A stretch of 64,000 nucleotides of DNA from an uncultured Actinomycetota bacterium (lineage in GTDB: Bacteria > Actinomycetota > Actinomycetes > Propionibacteriales > Nocardioidaceae): positions 50,566 through 114,565 of the forward strand of contig CAVWEC010000002.1 of assembly GCA_963754025.1 (NCBI GenBank). The letters are read 5' to 3'. Positions within the stretch are counted from its first letter, which is position 1. Every line of letters begins with the position of its first letter. The position numbers and the translations under genes were made by a program. The notes below the pieces were generated by a model, which saw nothing but the letters and a program-made list of their open reading frames with translations, was not told the DNA's origin and made no database searches. Of the stretch, positions 21,538-29,300 are shown piece by piece.

Positions 21538-22764
21538 CTAGAACGCCAGCCCCAGCCCGCGGTAGGTCTCGACCCGGTCGACGAACTCGTGGCCGGCGAG
21601 GAGACGGACCTCGGTGCCGTGCTCGAACAGCTCTCCGGACTTGGCGTGGCGGAACCACACCAGGTCCCCGACCCGCAGCCGGGCCGCGCCCGGTCCGGTC
21701 AGCGGGGTCTGCACCTCGCCGGCGCCCTCGAGCCCGGTGAGGTGCAGGCCCTCCGGCACCCACGGCGTGGGCAGCCGGTCGCGCCCGGCGGCCCCGGACG
21801 CCACCAGGCCGCCGCCGTGGACCGTGGCGAGGTCGGGGGAGGGGCGGCGTACCACGGGCACGGCGAAGAACGCGGCCGGTCGCGGCTCGAACGACTGGTA
21901 GTGGTCGAAGAGCGCCGGCACCAGCAAGCCCGAGCCGGCCGCGACCTCCGTGACGACCGGGTCCGCGGCCGCGGTCTCGACCGACCCGCTGCCGCCGGCG
22001 TTCCAGAGCGTGAGGTCGACCAGCGGCGACAGGGCGTCGGCGACGGCCCGCCGCCGGCCCTCGAGCTGGGTGAGTGAGGCCTGCTTGAGCCCGCGCACGA
22101 CGAGGGATCGCGCCCGTCGCCGGGGCACGTCGTCGGGCAGGCCGGCCACCTGGCCCTCGTAGGTCATCACGCCCACCAGTCGGAACCCGCGACGCTCGAG
22201 CACCCGACGTGCGAGTGCGACCACGTCCCGGGTCTCGTGCAGGGGGGACCGCTTGGGCCCCACGTGGCGGCCACCCACGTGCAGTCCGGCGTCGACGTCG
22301 ATCGCGACCCGCACCGGGACCGCCAGCGAGTGGCGCACGGAGTCGACCACGTCGAGGTGGTCGACGTGGTCGACCATCAGCGTGATCGCGGCCGCGGCAG
22401 CGGGCGAGGCCACCAGCCGGGCGAGGGCGTCGCGGTCCACGCTCGGGTAGGCCACGAGGAGGTCGTCGGTGACGCCCTGCTCGTGGAGCCACAGCGCCTC
22501 CCGCAGGGTGTAGGACAGCACCCCCCGGAACCCCTGGTGGCCCAGCGCGCGGCGGATCAGCGCCGGCACACGCACGGACTTCGAGGCCAGCCGGACGGGG
22601 GTGCCAGCGGCCCGTCGAGCCAGGTCGGCGGCGTTGGCGTCGAACGCGTCGAGGTCGACGGCCAGGAGCGGGGTCGGCAGGTCCTCGCCCCGCGTGCGTG
22701 CCTCGGCCACGGCGCTCGCCAGCCGGCGCCCGAGCTCGCGCCGGGCGACGGGGGACGGGCCCAT
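21538..22764 (-). CDS. PLP-dependent fold-type III enzyme (alanine racemase / D-threonine aldolase family)
   Basis: TPLLAVDLDAFDAN, RLASKSVR, GVMTYEGQVAG, NAGGSGS, EVAAGSG, FRHAKSGE. Confidence 0.85.
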   Translation of the reverse strand: MGPSPVARRELGRRLASAVAEARTRGEDLPTPLLAVDLDAFDANAADLARRAAGTPVRLASKSVRVPALIRRALGHQGFRGVLSYTLREALWLHEQGVTDDLLVAYPSVDRDALARLVASPAAAAAITLMVDHVDHLDVVDSVRHSLAVPVRVAIDVDAGLHVGGRHVGPKRSPLHETRDVVALARRVLERRGFRLVGVMTYEGQVAGLPDDVPRRRARSLVVRGLKQASLTQLEGRRRAVADALSPLVDLTLWNAGGSGSVETAAADPVVTEVAAGSGLLVPALFDHYQSFEPRPAAFFAVPVVRRPSPDLATVHGGGLVASGAAGRDRLPTPWVPEGLHLTGLEGAGEVQTPLTGPGAARLRVGDLVWFRHAKSGELFEHGTEVRLLAGHEFVDRVETYRGLGLAF

Positions 22765-23186
22765 CAGGTGATCCCGTGCCGCTTGAGGATGTCCTCGACG
22801 TCGCCGAGGTCCTCTCCCAGCGCCGGCTCTCCCTTGCCCTGCTTCCGGGCGGACAGCTCGCCACGGGTGGCCTCCTGCCGTCCGCCGCGGCCACGGGAGC
22901 GCAGCGCGGACGAGGTGCCCAGCAGCACCACCGACACGCCGGCGAGGACGATCCCCGCCCACACCAGGGGGCTCAGCACGAGCCCCGCGGCCCAGCCGGC
23001 CACCGCGGCACCGATGCTGCCGAACATCTCCATGGTCCCGGTCAGCCAGGCTGCCGGGGGCAGCAGGGTCAGGCCCGCCCCGCGCAGGCCCGAGGCCGTC
23101 CCGCGGCGTCGGAACGCGTACCACGTCCAGGCCGCGCCGAGCGCGGTGAGCGCGGCGGTCAGGGCAGCCCAGGTGACCTCGTCCAC
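22764..23186 (-). CDS. Hypothetical membrane protein
   Basis: About three hydrophobic segments; C-terminal DVEDILKRHGIT; stop overlaps the next start by 1 nt. Confidence 0.75.
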   Translation of the reverse strand: MDEVTWAALTAALTALGAAWTWYAFRRRGTASGLRGAGLTLLPPAAWLTGTMEMFGSIGAAVAGWAAGLVLSPLVWAGIVLAGVSVVLLGTSSALRSRGRGGRQEATRGELSARKQGKGEPALGEDLGDVEDILKRHGIT

Positions 23187-23246
23187 CCTGCCAGCCTGAC
23201 ACACCCGGACCAGTCCGGACGCGGCCCAGGTGGGAGGATCGGCGGC

Positions 23247-23747
23247 GTGTCGAAGCAGATCCCCGACCCCGGCTTCGCCGGCGACGACGGCACGGCAGAG
23301 CCCCGGTTGCGCGCCGCGCTCGCGGCCCACGCCTCCGGCGAGGGCACGTACGCCGCCGCGCTCACCGCACTGCTGGACGGCCGCGTCGTCGTGCCGGTCG
23401 TGGCGGTGGCCGGCGAGGTGGAGGTCGACGAGGCCGGCCTGGCGCACGACAAGACCAGCGACATGGCCGCGGTGCTGATCGCGCGTCCCGACGGCCGCCG
23501 CGGCCTGCTCGCCTTCACGGGCCTCGACGCCCTGGCTGCCTGGGACCCGGAGGCGCGGCCGGTGCCCGTCACGGCCCAGGTGGCGGCGCGGGCCGCGCTC
23601 CAGGAGGGCGCCGCCGCGCTGCTGCTGGACCTGCGCGGACCCCACCGGCTGGTGGTGGAGGGCGACGACCTGCGCGGGCTCGCCGGCGGCTGGGCCCTGA
23701 CCGAGGTCGGCGGCCGGTCCGCCTGGATTCGCCCTGCGGCGCCCTGA
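23247..23747 (+). CDS. SseB family protein
   Basis: FAGDDG.A.P, RVVVPVVA, DKTSDMAAV, GLLAFTG...WDPEARPVP. Confidence 0.85.
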   Translation: MSKQIPDPGFAGDDGTAEPRLRAALAAHASGEGTYAAALTALLDGRVVVPVVAVAGEVEVDEAGLAHDKTSDMAAVLIARPDGRRGLLAFTGLDALAAWDPEARPVPVTAQVAARAALQEGAAALLLDLRGPHRLVVEGDDLRGLAGGWALTEVGGRSAWIRPAAP

Positions 23748-23769
23748 GCCGCTAAGGTTCTGCGTTGAC

Positions 23770-23990
23770 CGATCAGTCCGCCACAGCCGTGACGGACAGA
23801 TCCTCAAGCGGGGACCACCAGCTTCACGTCTCCCACCCGCACCGGCCGCACAGGTCGTCGGGTCCGGTCCCGGTACGACACCCATCCGTGGGGGTCGCCA
23901 CCGGTGATACGCACCGTACGTGTGACAGCGACGGGCGACGTGTCGCGACTGGCTTCCGCTTGCGAACAGCGGAGGCCCTTTTTCGTTTCC
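23770..23990 (+). promoter_or_regulatory. Structured leader of infC-rpmI-rplT (candidate ribosomal-protein leader / attenuator)
   Basis: TAAGGT -10-like at about 23753; CAAGCGGGG (23805-23813) is complementary to TTCCGCTTG (23954-23962), which overlaps a terminator arm. Confidence 0.65.
23951..23989 (+). terminator. Intrinsic terminator-like hairpin inside the infC leader
   Basis: GGCTTCCGCT-7 nt-AGCGGAGGCC (10 bp, one G-U) followed by CTTTTTCGTTT. Confidence 0.75.
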
Positions 23991-24051
23991 GGCGCCAGTG
24001 CGAGGCCGGGCCGCGGAAGATCCTCCGGCCGCGATACACACTGGAGGACAC

Positions 24052-24723
24052 ATCAGCACCGAGCTGCGCATCAACGAGCGGATCCGGGTACCCGAGGTCC
24101 GCCTCGTGGGACCCAACGGCGAGACCGTGGGGATCGTTCCGACCGACCAGGCCCTCAAGCTGGCCCAGGAGGCCGACCTCGACCTCGTCGAGGTGGCGCC
24201 GATGGCCCGCCCGCCGGTCTGCAAGCTCATGGACTACGGGAAGTTCAAGTACGAGAACGCCCAGAAGGCCCGTGAGGCGCGTCGGAACCAGACGAACGTC
24301 ATCATCAAGGAGATGAAGCTCCGCCCCAAGATCGACCAGCACGACTACGAGACCAAGAAGGGTCACGTCGTGCGGTTCCTCCGGGCAGGCGACAAGGTCA
24401 AGATCACGATCATGTTCCGTGGTCGTGAGCAGCACCGGCCCGAGCTGGGCTTCCGGCTGCTGCAGCGCCTGGCCGAGGACGTCGACGAGCTGGGCTTCGT
24501 GGAGTCCTCGCCCAAGCAGGACGGTCGCAACATGGTGATGGTCCTGGGGCCGCACCGCAAGAAGGCCGAGGCCAAGGCCGAGGCGAGGGTCGAGAAGGAG
24601 ACCAAGGCCGCCGAGCGTGCCGCGACCGAGGCAGAGGAGGCGGAGTTCCGAGCCGCCCACCAGCCCGGTGGCAAGAAGGAGCGCGGCCGCTCCGAGAACC
24701 TCGATCCCGAGATCGACGCCTGA
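24052..24723 (+). CDS. infC: Translation initiation factor IF-3, probable non-canonical ATC start
   Basis: GGAGG at 24043-24047 then ATC AGC ACC GAG; [42 protein letters not shown]. Confidence 0.95.
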   Translation: MSTELRINERIRVPEVRLVGPNGETVGIVPTDQALKLAQEADLDLVEVAPMARPPVCKLMDYGKFKYENAQKAREARRNQTNVIIKEMKLRPKIDQHDYETKKGHVVRFLRAGDKVKITIMFRGREQHRPELGFRLLQRLAEDVDELGFVESSPKQDGRNMVMVLGPHRKKAEAKAEARVEKETKAAERAATEAEEAEFRAAHQPGGKKERGRSENLDPEIDA

Positions 24724-24779
24724 GCAAGCCCGCCCGCCGTACACCACGGTTGAACGTCAAGTAGGAAGAGACACACGCA

Positions 24780-24974
24780 ATGCCGAAGAACAAGACGCAC
24801 TCCGGTGCCAGCAAGCGCTTCCGGGTGACCGGGTCCGGCAAGATCCTTCGCGAGAAGGCCGGCAAGCGCCACAACCTGGAGAAGAAGCCCTCCAAGGTGA
24901 CCCGCCGCATGACCGGCACGACCGAGCTCGCCAAGGCCGACGTCAGCCGCGCCAAGAAGATGCTGGGTCGCTGA
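24780..24974 (+). CDS. rpmI: 50S ribosomal protein L35
   Basis: [21 protein letters not shown]. Confidence 0.98.
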   Translation: MPKNKTHSGASKRFRVTGSGKILREKAGKRHNLEKKPSKVTRRMTGTTELAKADVSRAKKMLGR

Positions 24975-25065
24975 CCCTTCCCCACCCCCGTCGGTGGTCC
25001 AGGTCGTGCACGACCCGGCCCTGGAGACCAGCGACCACAGTTCGTGAGCAACAAGGAGTATTGAG

Positions 25066-25449
25066 ATGGCACGCGTCAAGCGCGCAGTGAACGCCCACAA
25101 GAAGCGTCGGACCACCCTCGAGCGGGCCTCGGGCTACCGCGGCCAGCGGTCGCGGCTCTACCGCAAGGCCAAGGAGCAGGTCACCCACTCGCTGGTCTAC
25201 AGCTACAACGACCGCCGCAAGAACAAGGGCAACTTCCGCCGCCTGTGGATCCAGCGGATCAACGCCGCCGCCCGTGCCCAGGGCATGACCTACAACCGGT
25301 TCATCCAGGGCCTCGGCCTCGCCGGTGTCGAGGTCGACCGCAAGATCCTGGCCGACCTGGCCGTCAACGACATCGCGGCGTTCAACGCGCTGGTCGAGAC
25401 CGCCAAGGCCGCGCTGCCCGAGGACGTCAACGCTCCGAAGGCCTCCTGA
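25066..25449 (+). CDS. rplT: 50S ribosomal protein L20
   Basis: [38 protein letters not shown]. Confidence 0.98.
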   Translation: MARVKRAVNAHKKRRTTLERASGYRGQRSRLYRKAKEQVTHSLVYSYNDRRKNKGNFRRLWIQRINAAARAQGMTYNRFIQGLGLAGVEVDRKILADLAVNDIAAFNALVETAKAALPEDVNAPKAS

Positions 25450-25452
25450 GGC

Positions 25453-26265
25453 TTGACCTCACCGCAGCCCCTGACCGCGAGCAACGCTCGGGTCAAGGAC
25501 GCACGACGGCTCAGCCGCCGCTCGGCCCGCGCCGAGCGGCGGCTGTTCCTCGCTGACGGCCCGAAAGCCGTCCAGGGCGCGCTCGGGACGGAGCTCGACT
25601 CCGGGGAGGGCTGTGTGGTCGAGGTCTTCGCGACCCCGCGCGCGGCCGAGCAGCACGCCGCGATGCTCGCCTCGACCCCTGCCCCCGCCCGGGTGACGCT
25701 GGTCGACGACCGGGCGCTGGCGTCGCTGAGCGACTCCGTCACGCCGGCGGGCCTGGTCGCGGTCTGCCGCTTCCTCGACGTGCCGGTGGCGCAGGCAGTG
25801 GCGGGAACCGACCTGGCCGTGCTGTGTGCGGACGTGCGCGATCCAGGCAACGCCGGCACGGTGGTGCGCACGGCCGATGCCGTCGGCGCCGGGGGAGTGG
25901 TGCTCGCCGGCGACTCCGTCGACGCCTACAACCCCAAGACGGTCCGCGCCACCGTCGGCAGCCTCTTCCACCTCCCGTTCGCCGCCGAGCGCGACGTCGC
26001 CGCCGCCGTGACCGCGGCCCGGGCGGCGGGACTCGTGGTCCTCGCTGCCGACGGCGGGGGCGAGGTCGACCTCTTCGAGGCCGACGAACAGCTGCGCGGC
26101 CCGGTGGCCTGGCTCTTCGGCAACGAGGCCTGGGGACTGCCTCCCGACGTCGCGGCCCTCGCCGACCACCGGGTCCGGATCCCCATCGCCGGTGGTGCCG
26201 AGAGCCTGAACCTCGCGACCGCCGCCGCGGTCTGCCTCTACGCCACGGCCCGCGCCCGTCGCTAG
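25453..26265 (+). CDS. TrmH/SpoU family RNA methyltransferase
   Basis: DVRDPGNAGTVVRTADA, LFGNEAWGL, AESLNLATAA. Confidence 0.92.
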   Translation: MTSPQPLTASNARVKDARRLSRRSARAERRLFLADGPKAVQGALGTELDSGEGCVVEVFATPRAAEQHAAMLASTPAPARVTLVDDRALASLSDSVTPAGLVAVCRFLDVPVAQAVAGTDLAVLCADVRDPGNAGTVVRTADAVGAGGVVLAGDSVDAYNPKTVRATVGSLFHLPFAAERDVAAAVTAARAAGLVVLAADGGGEVDLFEADEQLRGPVAWLFGNEAWGLPPDVAALADHRVRIPIAGGAESLNLATAAAVCLYATARARR

Positions 26266-26275
26266 GGTCGGTGGC

Positions 26276-27337
26276 GTGGACCTCCCGCCGACTGCCCAGC
26301 TGCTGGCCGACGGCCTCCCTGACGGGGTGGTCGTGGCCGGCGCCGACGCCACCGTCGTGCTCGTCTCGGCCCTCGCCGGGCGGATGCTGGGCGTCGCCCC
26401 CGACGAGGCGGTCGGCCGTCCGCTGGCGGAGGTCCTCCGGCTCACCGACAACGAGGGCCGCGACTGGTGCACGGAGAACCGGCCCCATGCCGGGCTCGCC
26501 AACCGCACCGGCGTCCCCGAGCAGTCGTGGCTGCTGCCCAACGGCACCGAGGTGCTGACCACCGCGAGCATCGCCCGCCCTTCCCGCGGGGAGCCGGTCG
26601 AACGGGTCTCCGTCGTCATCCGCAGCGCGCGTGGCCGGGCCCGCCTCGACCGGGAGCGCTCCGACCTGGTCGCCACGGTCGCCCACGAGCTGCGCAGTCC
26701 GCTGACCGGCGTGAAGGGCTTCGTGCAGGCGATGCTGAACCGCTGGGACCGGCTCACCGACGAGCAGAAGAAGCTGATGCTGACCACCGTGCACGCCGAC
26801 TCCGACCGGCTCTCCAGGCTGATCGCCGAGCTGCTCGACGTGGCGCGCATCGACACCGGTCGGCTCTCGCTCCAGCAGCGCCCCGGCGACGCCGCCGTGC
26901 TGGTCGGGCGGGTCGTCGAGTCCGTGTCCGCCGGGAGCGCCCGACCGGTGGCCCTCGATGCTCCCGACGACCTGCCGCGGGTGCTCGCCGACCCCGACAA
27001 GTTCACCCAGGTGGTCACCAACGTGCTCGAGAACGCGCTGCGCCACGGCGGCGGCGACGTCACCGTCACCCTCTCCCGGCTCGAGACGGAGCACCCGGGC
27101 GTGCGGATCGTCGTCGAGGACGAGGGGGACGGCATCCCCGAGGAGATGCGGCGTCGCGTCTTCACCAAGTTCTGGACCGGCGGCGCCCGGGGCGGCTCCG
27201 GCCTCGGTCTCTACCTGGTCCAAGGGCTGACCCGCGCCCACGGCGGCACCGTCACGCTGGGGGACGCCGACGGTGGTGGCGCGCGGGTCACCATCGACTG
27301 GCCCGCGGCCGACCTCTCGGCGGTCAGTCCCGCGTGA
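26276..27337 (+). CDS. Cytoplasmic PAS-domain sensor histidine kinase
   Basis: N-terminal PAS-like region, H-box AHELRSPLT, N-box NVLENALRH, DEGDGI, GSGLGL; no TM segment. Confidence 0.9.
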   Translation: MDLPPTAQLLADGLPDGVVVAGADATVVLVSALAGRMLGVAPDEAVGRPLAEVLRLTDNEGRDWCTENRPHAGLANRTGVPEQSWLLPNGTEVLTTASIARPSRGEPVERVSVVIRSARGRARLDRERSDLVATVAHELRSPLTGVKGFVQAMLNRWDRLTDEQKKLMLTTVHADSDRLSRLIAELLDVARIDTGRLSLQQRPGDAAVLVGRVVESVSAGSARPVALDAPDDLPRVLADPDKFTQVVTNVLENALRHGGGDVTVTLSRLETEHPGVRIVVEDEGDGIPEEMRRRVFTKFWTGGARGGSGLGLYLVQGLTRAHGGTVTLGDADGGGARVTIDWPAADLSAVSPA

Positions 27338-28166
27338 CCGAGGGGGCGTCGGGACTCCCGGCGTACAGCACGCCTTCGCGCGACTTGACCGTCGCGACCA
27401 GGACGAAGCTCATGGACACCAGCAGTGCCCACGACCCCACCTTCGAGGTGTGCACCGCCTCCCACACGTCGACCTGGCCCGGGTACTTCCACGCGTCGAG
27501 GAACGTCGCGGCGTTCTCCGCGAGCCAGAGGAAGAGACCGATCAGGACGAACGACCACCACAGCGGCATCCGGTAGCGCTCGCGCCCCACGCTGAAGTGG
27601 ACGCGGCAACGCCACAGCACCGCGACCATGGCGACGGCGAGCACGAGCCGCACGTCCGCGACGTAGTGGTGGGTGAAGAAGTTGGCGTAGACCGCCACGG
27701 CGACGATCGTCGTCGCCACGGGCGGGTAGTGGGAGACCCGCAGGTCGAAGTTGCGCCACGCCTGACAGATGTAGGACCCGACCGCGGCGTACATGAAGCC
27801 GGAGAACAGGGGGACGCCGGCGACGCGGAGCACGCCCTCGCCGGGGTAGGACCACGACCCCTGGGACACCTTGAACACCTCGAGAGCGAGCCCGAGGAGG
27901 TGGAACCCGCAGATCACCAGCACCTCGCGCCAGGTCTCGACCCCCCACACCCAGAACCCCAGCGTGAGGGCGACGCACCAGAGCAGCAGGAAGTCGTAGT
28001 CGGCCACCGGCAGCGGCAGCAACCAGGCGATCGCGAGGCCGGTGAAGACGCCGCCGGCGAACACGCACGAGCGCGCCTCGAGCCACGCGAACCGCCCCAG
28101 CTGCCGCCACCACACCCGCCGGAGAGTAGCCAGCGGGCAAACCGGTTCGTCGCAGCGGCACGGCAC
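27324..28166 (-). CDS. DUF817-like membrane protein (start uncertain)
   Basis: Multi-TM; ETWREVLVICGFHLLGLALEVFKV, GVPLFSGFMYAAVGSYI, WLAENAATF..AWKYP. Confidence 0.75.
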   Translation of the reverse strand: MPCRCDEPVCPLATLRRVWWRQLGRFAWLEARSCVFAGGVFTGLAIAWLLPLPVADYDFLLLWCVALTLGFWVWGVETWREVLVICGFHLLGLALEVFKVSQGSWSYPGEGVLRVAGVPLFSGFMYAAVGSYICQAWRNFDLRVSHYPPVATTIVAVAVYANFFTHHYVADVRLVLAVAMVAVLWRCRVHFSVGRERYRMPLWWSFVLIGLFLWLAENAATFLDAWKYPGQVDVWEAVHTSKVGSWALLVSMSFVLVATVKSREGVLYAGSPDAPSVTRD

Positions 28167-28183
28167 TTCCTAGACTCAGGGCC

Positions 28184-29296
28184 ATGTCCGGACCCAACAC
28201 CGACTACGACCCCGTGGAGGTCTCCACCTTGAAGTCCGAGGAGGTCGACGCCGCGCGAGACGCCGCACTGGCCGCGATCGAGGCCGCGCGTGACCTCACC
28301 GAGCTCAAGCAGGTCCGGCTCGACCACGCAGGTGACCGGTCGCCGCTGGCGCTCGCCAACCGCGAGATCGGGGCGCTGCCGCCGCAGGCCCGCAAGGAGG
28401 CCGGCCAGCGGGTCGGCCAGGCGCGTGGCGCGGTCAACCAGGCGATCGCCGCCCGCACCGTCGTGCTCGAGGCCGAGCACGAGGAGCGGATGCTGGTCGA
28501 GGAGACCGTCGACGTCACGCTGCCCGTCGACCGGCGTCCCCGGGGGAGCCGTCACCCGCTGACGACCGGGGCCGAGCGGATCGAGGACATCTTCGTGGCC
28601 ATGGGCTGGGAGGTCGCCGAGGGCCCGATCGTCGAGGCCGAGTGGCTCAACTTCGACGCCCTCAACCTCGGGGCGGACCACCCGGCACGCACCATGCAGG
28701 ACACGTTCTGGACCGAGCCCGCAGACCACCACCTCGTGCTGCGCACGCACACCTCGCCGGTGCAGGCCCGCACCATGCTCACCAGTGCGCCGCCGATCTA
28801 CGTCGTGTGCCCGGGCCGCGTGTTCCGCACCGACGAGTACGACGCCACGCACAGCCCGATGTTCCACCAGGTCGAGGGTCTCGTCGTCGACGAGGGCATC
28901 AGCATGGCCCACCTCAAGGGTTCGCTCGACCACTTCGCCTCGCGGATGTTCGGCGAGGGCATCGCGACCCGGTTCCGACCGTCGTACTTCCCCTTCACCG
29001 AGCCGTCGGCCGAGGTCGACCTGCGCTGCTTCGTCTGCCGAGGAAGCGGACGCAGCGTCGACGGCCTCGACTCCTGCCGGACCTGCCGGGGAGAGGGCTG
29101 GATCGAGTGGGGCGGCTGCGGTGTGGTCAACCCGCGCGTGCTCACCGCCTGCGGCATCGACAGCGAGCGCTACACCGGATTCGCCTTCGGCATGGGCATC
29201 GACCGCACCCTCATGTTCGCGACCGGTGCTGCCGACCTGCGTGACTTCTTCGAGGGCGACGTCCGCTTCTCGTCCTCCTTCGGAACGGAGATCTGA
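28184..29296 (+). CDS. pheS: Phenylalanine-tRNA ligase alpha subunit
   Basis: NFDALN..DHPARTMQDTF, LRTHTSPVQ, FRPSYFPFTEPS, GFAFGMG; TAGACT 7 nt before ATG. Confidence 0.98.
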   Translation: MSGPNTDYDPVEVSTLKSEEVDAARDAALAAIEAARDLTELKQVRLDHAGDRSPLALANREIGALPPQARKEAGQRVGQARGAVNQAIAARTVVLEAEHEERMLVEETVDVTLPVDRRPRGSRHPLTTGAERIEDIFVAMGWEVAEGPIVEAEWLNFDALNLGADHPARTMQDTFWTEPADHHLVLRTHTSPVQARTMLTSAPPIYVVCPGRVFRTDEYDATHSPMFHQVEGLVVDEGISMAHLKGSLDHFASRMFGEGIATRFRPSYFPFTEPSAEVDLRCFVCRGSGRSVDGLDSCRTCRGEGWIEWGGCGVVNPRVLTACGIDSERYTGFAFGMGIDRTLMFATGAADLRDFFEGDVRFSSSFGTEI

Positions 29297-29300
29297 ACCC

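Noticed and set aside
28167-28183. T-box upstream of pheS
   Set aside because: No room; TAGACT 7 nt before the ATG indicates a leaderless gene
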